A DNA stretch of 64,000 bases from Cyanidioschyzon merolae (lineage: Eukaryota): assembly GCA_000091205.1 (NCBI GenBank), contig AP006493.2; one strand, written 5' to 3'. Shown piece after piece: positions 47,226 to 59,991 of the stretch. Made by a program: the position numbers and the translations under genes. The notes under the pieces were generated by a model that saw nothing but the letters and a program-made list of their open reading frames with translations, made no database searches and was not told the origin of the DNA. How positions within the stretch are numbered: position 1 is the stretch's first letter; every line of letters begins with the position of its first letter.

Positions 47226-48424
47226 ATCGGTCACGAGTAAAGCAAGCTGCTTCGTAAAACATAACGTCCAAGGTTGTTGGATTGCATTGCAAAAGATGGA
47301 TCGTGGTTTCTGTTGAATTCGTGACGGGAATCGTGCCCGAGGATTTGGATGCGTGGGCGAGCATCAGTAGCGGCGAGTGTGCCGCTACCGCTCGAGGTAT
47401 TGATTTGCTGGCGTTCTCACGAACAGCATCAGAGGCTCGCCTCAAAGGGCGCTGCCGATGATAAAACGCTGGACGCCATTGTTCGCTCGGCGGGTCGCCA
47501 CGGCCAGTAGATAACGACGAGCGCAACGCGTACGCTAGTGACTGCATAAAGTCGCTCTCGCAGCACAGTTGCGCTCCTCCGGCAAATTGGCACGCTGTTC
47601 TCGTTGCTCTCATATCGCGTCAACCAGGACGGTAGAGGCGATTTGCTGCGCAAATAGCGGGTTTCAGTTCTCCATCGAAACCACCCGAACGGGAACCGGG
47701 TCACAACCGAATGGCCTGCAGAGTCAACTTCTGCTCCTTCCTGGACATGACATATCGGTTTGCACTGGACAGCAACGACTTGAGTTAGATTCGTGCCTCT
47801 TTGCGTTCTCAGCTGCCATCGCATACCAACAAACAGCGCACCACGATTCGTGCGCATCAAACCGGCATGTCGCTCGATGCTCGGGCGGAAAACCTCCCGC
47901 ATGGAGCGCAGCCGCATCCTCGTCAGGTATCAGCAGCATGAATGCGCGTAGTAAGCAACTTGAGGCGCTGCATGCACCCAGCTGTCCACAGTATGCACCA
48001 TGACATCGAATCGTGAACGGTGCCGGAGCGCTGCATCGGGCTAGCTATCCTGCGAGTACTCGATTGTCGCCATAGACCAGAGCGCCAGCCATGGTAACCC
48101 GGCGCATGCGCCTTCTTGCCTACAGCGCTAAACGATTCTTCTCTTCGATCACAGAGCTGGAGTCGCTCCTACCGCTTAGACTCCCCGGGTATCGAGCGTA
48201 TGAGTTGCGCCTGCCGCGTCGTCGACTACGCAAGTCCATACGCAGCACGCCAGGGAATTGGCCCTTGAAGGCTCGTATAAACGACACATGATTTTGAGAG
48301 AAGAAGCATGGATGATCGTGACTGGTGAAACCACGAAATCTGGTGCAGCACGCAACGCTACGAGACCACCACCACGATCACGACAATTATCGAGATGACC
48401 TGCAACCGACAGCGCGTTTCACGT

Positions 48425-48725
48425 ATGGTCTTCCAACGCAATTGGATTCCGCGTCCAGGTGCGTGTCGTCAACTGCTTTTCCCCAGTTAATAGCAAATGT
48501 GTTGAGGGTGCGTTCATTTGAAGAAATAGAACCTAAGAGAAAGGTACAGGTATAAAAGTCAATAATCCTGGAGGGTCGGTGTCGGCGGGATCGACCAAAA
48601 AAGAAGAGAATGCTCTTTTTGCCGACCATCGAGCGAAGAACATCAAGAAACGACGACGACGACGATGACGAAGAAGAAGCAGCAGCAGCAGCAGCGCGGT
48701 GATAGATGAGAAACGGTGCTTAGCC
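48425..48725 (+). repeat. Dispersed repeat family B, copy 2
   Basis: See copy 1. Followed by a (GAC)n/(GCA)n trinucleotide tract at 48640..48700. It lies about 300 bp upstream of the giant gene start. Confidence 0.65.
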
Positions 48726-49027
48726 GACGACAAAAGTCCGGAAGGCGTCTGTGGCCGGGTGTCTATTGATACACGATACCGCTGTGGTGCATTTTTGGGT
48801 TTTTTCGATCACTAGAAATTACTGAACAATATGGACAACGTTGCTGTCCAGATCGCCCAGCGACGACGTACGCAGCCGGCACACGAGCACTCGAGTCCCA
48901 GAATCCAGCGCGTCCGGGTACCAGCAAAACCTTTGGGGTTCGTTTTGCAAACGTGTGCTTCAAAAACGTTGTGACTGAGCGCTTGTCTCAACTTTATCAC
49001 TAGAAGGTACTGACAGAGGCTCTCAGA

Positions 49028-52000
49028 GTGGTGTCAGTCCCCGGAGTGCGCTGCCTCGTCGCCAACGCCGAAGACTGCTCACGACGGGTCATAAGCAGCG
49101 CACCGCCGGGGAGCACCCGTTGCTGCCACTACAGCGACAGCAGCTCTAGCCCTGACCAACGCATATCCATGCAGCAGAGCGTCTTGGAAGCTTTTCATGA
49201 GACCTTAGAGTCTGGTGCAGATAGAGAGAGAATCCCGAGGCAAACGTCTGTTGAGGAGCTCGCGCTCCTGGACGAGTTGGATCGACTTGCGCGCCTGCGC
49301 TCGTCAACACCGCCGTGCGAGGACGACCAAGGCGGCAGCTCGCTACGAAGACCCGCGGATTGGCCAGATGGACAGCTACGCGAGCGTTCCCCGAGTCAGC
49401 ACGCGTCGCTGGATCCCCGCAGCGAGCGCTCAACCGATCACGGTCATAGCCAACGTCTCGCTACCGAGCCATTGTTCGAGAACGATGCACATGTGCGCTT
49501 CGTTCGAGACGGCAGGGCACATCGCTCGCGGAGGATGCGATTCATCGGCTCGTGCGGCTCACGTGGCCACTTACCTCTAACGCGCTCTACATCGACGCTC
49601 ACGGACCTGGGTCGCCAGTACGCCATCGAGGAGATCACATCGGTATCCGCCCAACAAAACGCTGGCTTCAACGCTTCACCGCGCATACAGCAGCCAGCAG
49701 TAGCAACGCCGCGGCGTCGCGGGTATCTGCGGAGTTTTGCGGCGACGACCAGTTCCGGAGAGCTGGAGCAACGTCAACAGCCCACACCGGATGTTCTCAA
49801 TACAGCGATTATTGGGCGAGTAGCGACCACCGTTGCGGCCGACTGGACTGATGATTTCTGCTTTCCTGATCGCATTCCTCAAGAACAGGTTATGGATCAG
49901 AGGCCCCAGTTGCCAGATCATGCAACCATGGGGCTGCACCCGCTGTTTCGAGTGCCCTCGGCACCGACACTCACTTCGAGCGCCAGCGGCGGTATAACGC
50001 GCGGATCGGGTGTACACCAGTCGAGCCCCAGTGCGAGCCTTCGATCCACATTTCGCAACCAGAGGAAGCCTGATGTCACTGTCAACGGATCTGAAGCACC
50101 CGCATCAAATGAAAAGCTCGTCTCAGGGTCAGTGCCTTTGGCCATGCGAGCGCACGCCGCCGGTCAGGTGCAGCCTTCACCGACAGTCGGTGTTGCGGGA
50201 AGCGCAGCGGGCGGTGAGCGCTCCCCCGCTACAGGCCGCAACCGGTCCAATATGAACACTCCCGAGACACTAGTCGCTGCGTCGCTTTCCCCGCGAACCC
50301 GAATGATCATGCGTACTGGTCGCCTCGCCGACAATCTGTGGCTCGGCGCCCGTGCTCCTGCTCCCAAAGTTGCCCGTGAACTGTCTGCAGTTTTTGATGG
50401 GCAACGCCAAGGAAGGCAGTCAGCGTTTCCTCCAGCGCACCGGAGCCGGTCGCCTGAGCGCAAAAGCCCCGCGTCAGGCGCCGGCTTCCGCGTGGAACCC
50501 GCCTCAGCACCGCCAGCGCTGCGTGGTACTGTGCCGCTTTCTCCGCTGCCTAGTGGGCCTGCAAAACAACCAAGTCCGACCCCATCTCTGGCGTCGACCC
50601 AGAGCACCTCTACGGAGGACTCAGAGTCCGCCTCTGACTCCGACTGGGACGCCGAACTCGGTCACCAGTATCAAACATCGACAGCTGGCGAGGCTGGCGC
50701 TCTCAGCGACTTCATACCCGCGACGTATACGTTTGACGGGAGCGCTGGTGCCCCCAGCACTTTCGAGGACGGTGTGATACCGGCGTTTTTTCGCATTGTT
50801 GATCGTGCTCGTGCGCTATATCGCGGACGAGTCATCATGCGGTATCCACGTCCATCATCGTTGGTGTTTTTACGTCTCCCCGAGACGCGAGCTTCGCAGC
50901 TTGCCGAGAAGGAGCTCGAATTGTGGCTGATCGGACTCGTAACGTCGAGCCTTGGCTCACCCTTTGAGCATCCCCTAATCCCGCCACCAGTGCGTCAGTG
51001 GGTCCAGAGTCCCGCCAATCTACAGAAACTGTCCGGACTCGGGGAGCACTCGAACGGAAAGCTGCTTCGAGCATGCAGTGACCTGCACAGTTACATGCCC
51101 TGGGTACCTCTGGTGGCGCTCAGTATCACACAAGTCAGCGAATGTGTTCGCAGCTGCCGAGCACGGCGGCGAGCCAAACTCGCCTTTGCGAACCTGCAGC
51201 GCTGCCTGCTGCTGGTAGACGCACTTGGCATGCAGCCGGACTGGCTCCCGGTACTCGAACCGTGGCTGGCGTCGTATCTGTTTCCGACGCTCGGCACGCT
51301 CCTATTCCGTGTATATACACAGGCCCGTATCGACCGAGGTGGAATACCGCATCTGGTGACGCTTCTGGACCGAACGCTGTCAAGTCTGAGCTCCCAGGCT
51401 AGTGCCTCGGTTCGGTGGCAGGCGCGTCTGATCATTGCCGAGCTCCTGCTACAGTTTGGCCCCGACTTGGATGCCCCGCTGAAGAAGACCTTCTGGGAGC
51501 GCGTTTGTCGGGACGCGTTGCATTGCCTCGGGCACTATGCTGACGTGCTTACCGCTGAACTCGAGAGCACGACAGCAGACCTGGCACCGGAAGCAGAGGA
51601 CGCGTCGAGTTTGTCAGCGCAGCAGCAGTCCATGGATTTGGTAGCGCCCGATGGACACGGTGTTCAGGCAGCAAGCTTCGGATCCATTCAAGTAATTGCC
51701 AGGGCAGCGTGTTTACTGTACTGGCTACTCCAGGGCGTATCTCCGTTCAACTTAGAGCCGTTGGATTATGACACCGCTGCGTTGTATGATGCATGGGCGA
51801 CGACCTTTTGGCAGCTTCCCCAGGAGCTCCGGCCCTATCTCCACAGCCCGGATGCTCTCTGCGAGTTTCTCATCCAGAAATGTTGTCCGCTGCTTCCGCG
51901 ACACTGTGAGTCTCGCTACCGCTGCTCGACAGTGCTCGGACACCGTGCGAGCCTCACTGGACACTATGGTGAGGCTGAGTCGCATTTCTTTGAAGCACTC

Positions 52001-55000
52001 GTGGTGATGCACGGGTGTCCGCCGTTGGTGGACGCTTCGCCCTGCGTTTCGGAGTTTGCACAGAGCGTACTCGAGCGTTACGCCGAGTGTCTACGACAGG
52101 GAGCCAAGTACCGATACGCTGTTGCAGCGCTAACCGCGGCAGCAGACGCTTTTCTTGAGCGCACGGGGCAGAGTCCGAACCTGCTCCTCCAACGAATCAG
52201 TGAACTGGCACTCTCCGAGCAGGACTACGTTCGAGCGATTCAGGCGAACATCGCGCTGCTCCGAGCAGTCTCCTTAGAAGGACAACTCCTGCAGGCGATT
52301 CACGTCACGCTCCGTCTGGGGTATGTGCTCGTAGAAGCCGGTTGGTTCATTCGTGCTGAACAACTCCTAACCGCTGTATGGCATGCGCTCGAAGATGCCG
52401 CAGCCTCTATAGCATCAGCGACACAGGGCACCAGCTCTGAGCCATTGCTCACCTCGTTGACACGCGAGGAAACACGCATGAACCTCAGTAGGTCAACAAC
52501 GGAAACGCCCTCTCGCACCAATTCAGAGCGCAGTGACTGGTTACCCTGGGACCCTGCGGAGAGACGGGTACCATCTCCGAGTGCTCGTACCGAGAGACGC
52601 ACGATAGAGTCGCATCTCTCGGATATCCTGCTGCTTTTAGCGGATGTTCGAATTCGAGCTGGTCGCTTAGCGTCAGCATTTCAACCGCTCATGCAGCTCC
52701 AGCAGTTACTGCCTCCAGCTCGACAAGCAATCATTCACCGCAAACTGGCTGATATCTGGTTGCGTCTGGGGAATCCGGTCGCCTGTCGACAAGCATATCT
52801 GCGCTATTTGGCCATGAGCTGTGCGGGCACCAGCACCAGCACCAGCAAAGGCGCTGCTGTGGCGACAAGCGCAGCGTCTGCAGGTGCTCCTGCGCCTTGT
52901 CAGGTTCTGATGTCGACTGCGCAAGCGCCGCAGGAGACCAGCAACTACACACCGAAGGACGTTGCATCCGCTACGGAAAGCCGTGCAAACGCGCGAGACT
53001 CACTGCACATGCAGTCCATTGAGGTAGAGCGTCTGCCTGGACATGATACATTTCCCGCTGCTGCTGCTGCTGCTGCTTCGACAGCTGCCTGCATCGACAA
53101 CCTCGATAGAGCGCGAATGTTCCAGTTGGTACGAGGTCGCGCCCCGCCAGAGGCAACGATTCTTGCGTTGCTGTACGAGGAACAGTTCCTCGATGCGCTC
53201 GCCGAAATCGACTGTGCGATGGAAATGACGAGCTTTCGACGGCTCCGTAACTTGGCTCGTCTGATGCACCTTCGTGGACAAGTTCTTCGCGAGATGGCGT
53301 ACCACCTGGACAGTGGGAGCGTTCTACAGGCAGCACTACCCGCGAGTGTGACCATTGAGGTGCTTCCGCAGCTACGTCTCAGTCGATTGCGTTTGGTACC
53401 TCCACTCAAACTTGTGCAGCAACTACCCGATGCAATGCAGCGCACGTGGAAACGATGGTTGGCGGAATCCATCCGGTGGGCTTCCCCAGAGCCGCCATCT
53501 CCAGTCGACGTGATCAAAGCAGCCCGTCTCTCGTTTGCTGCTGCTGCCTATCTCTATAGCGTTATGGCGGATGAAATCTACGCGGCACTATCCACGGTCG
53601 CCGCTCTTCGAATGGGCATAGAGTGGGCGCTTCGCCGCTTTGTGCGAGCTGAACCCGATAGCACGGCGCCTGCAGCTACATACCAGGAAGGTGGAGCGCT
53701 CACCAAGGCTCCCGCCAACGACAACGACAACGACGATGCGGAACAATGCGAAGAACGGCTGCTTGAAGCTGCGAGTATCTTCATGGAGACGAACATGGTG
53801 CAGGCTTCCATGGAAGTCAGCATAACAATGGCGCAACTGATGATCCTTCGCCAGCAGCCCGAGGCTGGCGTTGCATTCCTACGAGAAGCCTGGGCGACCT
53901 TCTCTTCGCTCTATGTTGACGCGCGGAACGGGCGGTTTGCATTTACGCGACTGGCTTCACCGCTGTTGCTGCGGGAGCTGCGTCAGCTGCTCAGTCGGAT
54001 GGTGCTGGTGCTGTATTGTTTGCCCTCAGCGGTCGTGCTGGAGTTGCACGCGATGCTCGATATCCATAACCAGCTGAGTTTGGAAACGGTACTGGCAGAG
54101 GCACGTTCCGCGACTCGCACCGGGTTACGTAGTATGCCGCCAGTGTTGGGGCAGTCATCCGCCCTGGCACGATACCGCAGCTCTACGGACGCGAGCGTAG
54201 AGCGCAGCACCAATGCAACCAACGGTCCAGGCGAGAGCGCTGCGAAAGCATCCGCTTCACGCCACTGCTCCGAAGCTCCCAAGACGACACCTGCTTCATC
54301 ATCATCTTCTTCTTCTAGTGTGACTGCAACGCGCCCAAGGCGTACAGCGCCACCAAGAGCTCGTATTGCAAATGGTCTCGGAAGCAGCGCTCCTAACTGG
54401 ACCGCGTCTGAACTGCCGGACGTAGCCAGCTCCAAGCATCCATGGAAACGTATTGGTGCTTTATGGCGTCAAACAAAGAGGGTATTGGGGCGGGGCATGC
54501 CGCGCTCTAGTCGCCCTGAGCGCCAACCCGAACCCGCAGTCGCACTGGGCACAAACGACGCGGTATCACGGCAGCCGTCGACCTACTCGCCAGTGCTGCA
54601 GCGTCAGCAGGCGCTGCATCCTCAAAGACCCACTGACCATGGACAACAAACTCCATTCTCAAGATCGATTAGAGCGTCGAAGTCGAAACAGACGGCTGCA
54701 GCGCCGGGCGCTCGCGGAGAAGCGGCACCCAGTACACCAGTATCACTTGCATCCAGTGCGCTGCAACGCACAGCGTCCCAGAGAGCGCCTCGGGTGCAAG
54801 TGTCCGACGACAGAGCACCACCACTGCAACAGCGCTCACGCGTGAAGACGCCAACAACACCAGCGCAGGTAGCAGTAGCCACCGAGGTCATGGGTGCATC
54901 GGCAAAGCGCAAGTCGCCCTGGCACCAGATCCTTCGCCAGCAACGCGATATACCCCAGGGTAAGCGTGACGATGCCATGCTTTCGAGTCGCTCGTTGTCG

Positions 55001-57029
55001 AGTGGAAACAAAGCTGCCGGCACCCGTGCTGCTTCATCGGAAACGCGTGATATGTTGTCGTCGTCGTCGTCGTCGTCGTCGACACCTGCGCGACTGGTCC
55101 ACCAAACTACCGCTGCACAAGCACGCCAGCATTGCACCAGCACTAGTACCAGGAGCACGCTGGCAGGCGCTCAACGCGCTGGCACGTCCACAGCAGGGCG
55201 TCTTTTGCTGGCCACGGCATCGAGTAGCCACGCAGGTAGCGTGCCGGGTATCCAGCACGCCGCTGTATCCGAAGCAACTGAACTCGGACCGCTCTTCTCT
55301 CAAGCTTGCAACCAGATCGTCCGCGACGTCCTCGACGATACCAAACGAAGCGAGACAGCACAGTTATACGCGCTGTTGCAGCAGCTCGACTGGTATGAAG
55401 CGCATTCTCCGACGATGTTGAACGCGCTTTTTGGCTCGGATGATCCGGTACAGGTCGCATGGGCCATGCAGCAGCGCTTCGAGATGCAAACCGAGCGCTA
55501 TCGACGAGGTGAGGTCTCCACAGCGGAACTCGCTCTCGCTAACGAGGAATCCCTGGAGATCTGGTTGCATGAAATGGGAAAGCTCTCGGAGGTGCATCCT
55601 GCGGCAGCAGCGCAGTCGATAAGCCCCACTGCACTCGACAATGTCGTTGCTCGGCAGGTCGACAAGGCGCATCGCCACGTGAATGCAGCAAACGCACCGG
55701 TTGCTACAACGAATACGACAAGTGCGCGTACTTCTTGTACTGCTTCTGCTTCTGCTTCTGCTATGCCTCATGATCAGCACGATGGCGAGCGGTCGGCAGG
55801 CGCGAACGTGCACCTTGCGAGTACGCACGGCACGGCAGCGTTTTCCGCTGCTGCTGCTGCTGCTGCCACCAGCGCTGCCGCACCTTCACCGTCGTCGCTA
55901 CCGGCGCTGACCAGTACAGCACCGGATCTGCTCTTCATATGCAATGTAGGAGGCCTCGTCTGTGTCTACAACCTACAGAACGGTTTCCGGTACCTGTTTA
56001 CATGGGAACCTTGTCAGTTTCGGGACGCCGCCAGCGACACCTGCCTCAACGGCTGGTTCCTGCTCCCGCACAGCGCAGCAAGGGATGAGCTTTCCGCGGG
56101 ACATGCGCTTCCGCCTTCGCCACCTGTAGATGCGCTATGTCCCTTGCAGACGCTGCATGCCGCGAGCGCACTCTTCGTGCCTATCACGACCATGGAGGCG
56201 TCTCCTTGGGTAGTTTGCCCGAAAAATCCACAGCCGATACCCTGCTCCACTGCTGATCATCAGCGTCGTGAGCATTCAGCAACGGTTGCTTCGTTATTGG
56301 GTATTCGACGGGAGCACTGGCTTCGAAGCGCATCAGCGCAAGACTTGTCCAATACCTCGACGCCGTCAAGCGGTCTCGGTCTGCTGGTCTGTGATCTGAC
56401 ACTTTCGCTGGTGCCGTGGGAGCTCCTGCTCGAAACACCTTTGATGCGCGCGTTTTCTCTGCGGGATCACTGCGATCGATGCACTTGTCTCGATCACGAT
56501 GCAGCTGACATTGCCCAGCTCGTGGTGTTTCAGTCGCCGCTTCCAGGTCCGATGCTCGCGACGCACCGCACCGAAGAAGCAGTTGGTGATCGTCTGGTAT
56601 TCGCACCGGATGATGTCGATGTCGATGACAAGACGCTGGAAACGCCTCGCATTTCGGCGACAGCAACTGCATCCACGTGCAGTCTCCGCGCTCGCAGCGT
56701 TGTAGCTGCACATCAAGCGGCCCTTACCGGGGATACCGAGATGCGTCCTGAGCGAGACGTTGCGTCCACGAGCGATCACAAGTGTTCAGGGCCTAACCGT
56801 GGCATCTGCTCGGGGTGGTGTTGGTCCGCGGATACGAATTGGGAAACGACGGGAAGCGGAAACCTCATCTGCGCAGCACCAGCAACACCAGCACTGGATG
56901 CAAAAGATCCAACATGGTTGCCATACCAGCTCAGCGACGGTGCAGAGCATCCAGAGCCGCTCCTGTGCATCGATGGTGTTTCGCTGGCGTCGGTTACCAG
57001 CCGTTCCTCAATACACGATGCTCGTGCTA

Positions 57030-57072
<43 letters not shown>

Positions 57073-57880
57073 GAATCGGGGCGTTGCTCTGGAGCCTCTG
57101 GTCCAAGTGCTCCCGCTGACGGCTCGTGAGGCGGCGTTACGAACGGATGATCACGAACGTCCAGGTCTCGGTATTCAAGCACGATCTAGTGCTGGTGCTA
57201 GCCAAGAAGCACATCTTGACCAGCTGACGTCTGTGCTTGCAGCCGGCAATGCTGCAGCGACCTGCGCGCCACCAGCGCCCGAAACAAGCTCGTGTTTGGT
57301 GACTGGTACGCAACAACAGCTACCGCACGTGACGCCAAGTGCTTCCATGTTGCCGCAGTTCTCCGGCCAGTCTCCAGCATGCTTGTCAGCAGCACCGACA
57401 GCTGGTACCACCGGGAAACATCGCCTGCTGCAGCAAACGACCGGTGCATCCGATGCGCCTTTCGGAGATGAGCGGGCACGCCCAGGAACACCACTGACTT
57501 GCAGCGGTGATACCGCACCACGCTCGAGCAGTTTTGGAACCCCGATGGCAACCACGACAACAATGTCAAGTTCGCTGCCTCATGGATCGAACCGGAGCAC
57601 CGCCAGTGACCTAATCGCTGCACTCGGGGTGTTCCCGTTCCACGAGTTGGCGTATCCAGGTCGGGTGCTTCGTGAGATACGCGCAGTCTGTCCGAGCTCG
57701 ATTACCGCTTTTGTGCCGCTGCCGTACTTGCCCTTGTTTGAGCGTGCGGTGCTTCAAGTGCTGCATATCCACGAAGGAAACCGACGGGTGCGTTCTGTTC
57801 AGCAGCTCGTGGAGACCCTGCTGCGTACTTTTCTTGAGCAACAGATTCCAGTGGCTTTTGTACATGGTCATTTCGACTGA
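49028..57880 (+). CDS. Giant low-complexity protein (2950 aa); putative separase (peptidase C50) homologue with a disrupted C-terminal end
   Basis: Uninterrupted 8.85-kb ORF. Near the C-terminus, GLLVCDLTLSLVPWELLLETPLMRAFSLRD resembles the separase motif (LLVLDKDLQKLPWESMP...TRLPSF). The ORF ends ...IPVAFVHGHFD*. The next frame continues ...STEKERRAAEPIALNSCCTARYVD, which could supply the catalytic Cys about 20 aa after a GH(G) His. Many A, T, S and L runs from trinucleotide repeats. Confidence 0.3.
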
Positions 57881-58418
57881 AAAAGAACGAAGAGCGGCCG
57901 AGCCGATCGCGCTCAACTCGTGCTGCACTGCGCGCTATGTAGACTCGCGTGTGCTTGACAACTTGTCCATGCACTGGACGCTGTATAAACCAGAGTGTCC
58001 ATACTGGATTCCCTAGAGCGCTGTGCGCTGTAAACGCGCATATACGCGACGCCTTGTCCGTAGGTGAGTGCGTCTCCTCAACATAGGACGGTGCCCTGGC
58101 ACGAAAGTGCTGGAACAAGCACCCAACGAGCGCGCAAAGACGCGCTTCTTCGGTGCCAGCGCCACAAAACACACACACACACACACAGATCCAGCAACTG
58201 GAACGTGCAGCCAGACTCGTGCAAAGAGCGGGACGCCCGCAGGCGTTGGCCGCTTCACGGAAAACATACACACCTCAGCGTCACCACGGTATTGGGTATC
58301 GATCGATTATCGCACTGCAGGATTCTCGTGACGTCCTGCTTCGGAATGCCGCCTATACTAGACGCTGTGTTCGTATCCTGTCCCCGGACAGGTAACCATG
58401 CATCCCAAATACATGCAG

Positions 58419-59432
58419 TCATTCGGACTTGCTGTTCAGAACAGAGGTGGCTTGCGAACTCGGAGGTCGCTCCGCTGGAATCGCTGCAGATGCGGATCCA
58501 GGAACAACGGGGCCCGCTTGATGGACAAGGAGTCCTCGTTCCGTGGATAGGCTGAGAGAGCTTTTGGTGCTACCATTTAAACCACCACCACCACCACCAC
58601 CACCACCACCACCCAAGGCCCGCATGATGCCCAGAATGAGCATCACCGCTGTGCCGGCAGCGCCAATGACCCACTTGATCACGCGGTTCTCGATTCGCTC
58701 CAACTCGGTGTAGATCTGAGCCATGAACGTTTCGACTTTCTTTTCCACGAGCTGGAGATCACTTCTCAATACAGCAAAGTCTGCTTTTTCAAGGATTTGC
58801 ATCTCGCTCTTGAGAGCTGAGAACTCGGCCTTGGTGGCAACCACCTCGGTGTTATAGGCCAGCGCATCTGCGATGATCTGTGAGAGCGCACTCGATAGCG
58901 CTTCTGCTTGTTTAGGTGTAAACTCTGATGCTTCAAATACTCTGACAAGCTTCAAGGTATCGAAAGCGATCCGTTGTCCAGCTGGAGCGCGCTGCTCGCC
59001 GCAAGCGCGGAACCTCCGCACGTCCACGGGCGCTCGTAAGCGCCCCGCAACAACAAGAGGCAGCAGGCCTGCGGCTGTTGGTAAAGTGCCTGGAACCCCT
59101 TTTCTACAGGTTTGCTGTTGCAGCAGCTGCAGCGAGAGCAGAGGTGAACCTGCCCGTCCGAGTGACCAGGCACTTGGCAAGAGCGTACGCCAGGTACCGC
59201 CCATGAGGACGACAAACCGGGACCGGGTGGAACGCAAACGTACCGGCGTTGGCGAAGCGCGGCTTCTGGTGCGCTTTCCACCACGCGTCCTGGATACACC
59301 TGTGTCGGCGGACAGAGTCGAGTGCACTGGATAGAAGCTGTGTCGGTATGTTTGGATTGTTGGTGATTGTGGTGAACGGCGGGCTTTGCGGGTAGTTCTA
59401 CGAGTTGTTGCTTTTTTATCGACGGTTTTCAA
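58419..59432 (-). CDS. DUF1640 / CCDC90 (MCUR1)-family coiled-coil protein with a C-terminal TM helix
   Basis: FDTLKLVRVFEASEFTPKQAEALSSALSQIIADAL...coiled coil...IKWVIGAAGTAVMLILGIMRALGG matches DUF1640 (FDThalvkrLeasGFt.eQAeai...). Gly11 tract encoded by (CCA)n at 58581..58614. Basic S/R/T-rich N-terminal presequence. Confidence 0.6.
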   Translation of the reverse strand: MKTVDKKATTRRTTRKARRSPQSPTIQTYRHSFYPVHSTLSADTGVSRTRGGKRTRSRASPTPVRLRSTRSRFVVLMGGTWRTLLPSAWSLGRAGSPLLSLQLLQQQTCRKGVPGTLPTAAGLLPLVVAGRLRAPVDVRRFRACGEQRAPAGQRIAFDTLKLVRVFEASEFTPKQAEALSSALSQIIADALAYNTEVVATKAEFSALKSEMQILEKADFAVLRSDLQLVEKKVETFMAQIYTELERIENRVIKWVIGAAGTAVMLILGIMRALGGGGGGGGGGGLNGSTKSSLSLSTERGLLVHQAGPVVPGSASAAIPAERPPSSQATSVLNSKSE

Positions 59433-59451
59433 TACGCCGCTATCTCCGTAG

Positions 59452-59991
59452 TCCCTTGTTCTGATGCCAGCAGTGGACAGGTACGAACGATGGCAGCGAT
59501 ACCCAAGTGCCGATTGCTCTGCTTCCGGTGCTTATCGACGACGCATTCAATGGACCGGCAAAAGATGCGACCCGTGCTGCACTTGCCGTTCCCCATGTCC
59601 TATGCATCAAGCCTTGACGTACCGTTCGCAGTGCCGGCACTTGACTGCTTGCAGGGATTTTCATGCGTCTAGTACATGTCTCATTCTCCGCCGAGGCCTA
59701 CCCTGCGGTGCTCCAAGCCTGGCTACAGAGCGCTCCACTCGATACCCGCGTTCGATTTTCGCACCCAGTGCAGTGTCCTAGGAGCACGCGCTTCTTCCAG
59801 GCGATGCTCTCAGCGAGTACGCGATCCGCTGCATACGCAAGCGCATACTCTGGTAATCGATCGGGGGTTTGCGGACTCCGATGCCGTCCCTGATGACGAA
59901 ACGATCACAGCAACGAAAACAATGCAGCAAGTTGAGAAGTATCGATGCATCGAGGCTCCCGCAGTGCAACGCGGTGACGTACGCTCCACTC
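59452..59991 (+). repeat. Direct repeat family C, copy 1 (at least 540 bp; copy 2 runs off the end of the window)
   Basis: About 99% identical to 63465..64000 (offset 4009 bp). ORFs 59464..59781 / 63353..63790, 59490..59672 / 63499..63681 and 59663..59893 / 63672..63902 are identical or differ by one residue. No protein homology. Unrelated in sequence to family A. Confidence 0.9.

Noticed and set aside
57867-57894. A mini-intron (about 19-28 nt, gtcatttcgactgaaaaag[aacgaagag]) rescuing the frame change at the end of the giant ORF
   Set aside because: The confirmed introns in this window are 371 and 1309 nt with GTAAGT/ACTAAC signals. This interval lacks both signals and is implausibly short. 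A 1-bp indel in the ttt run is the simpler explanation.
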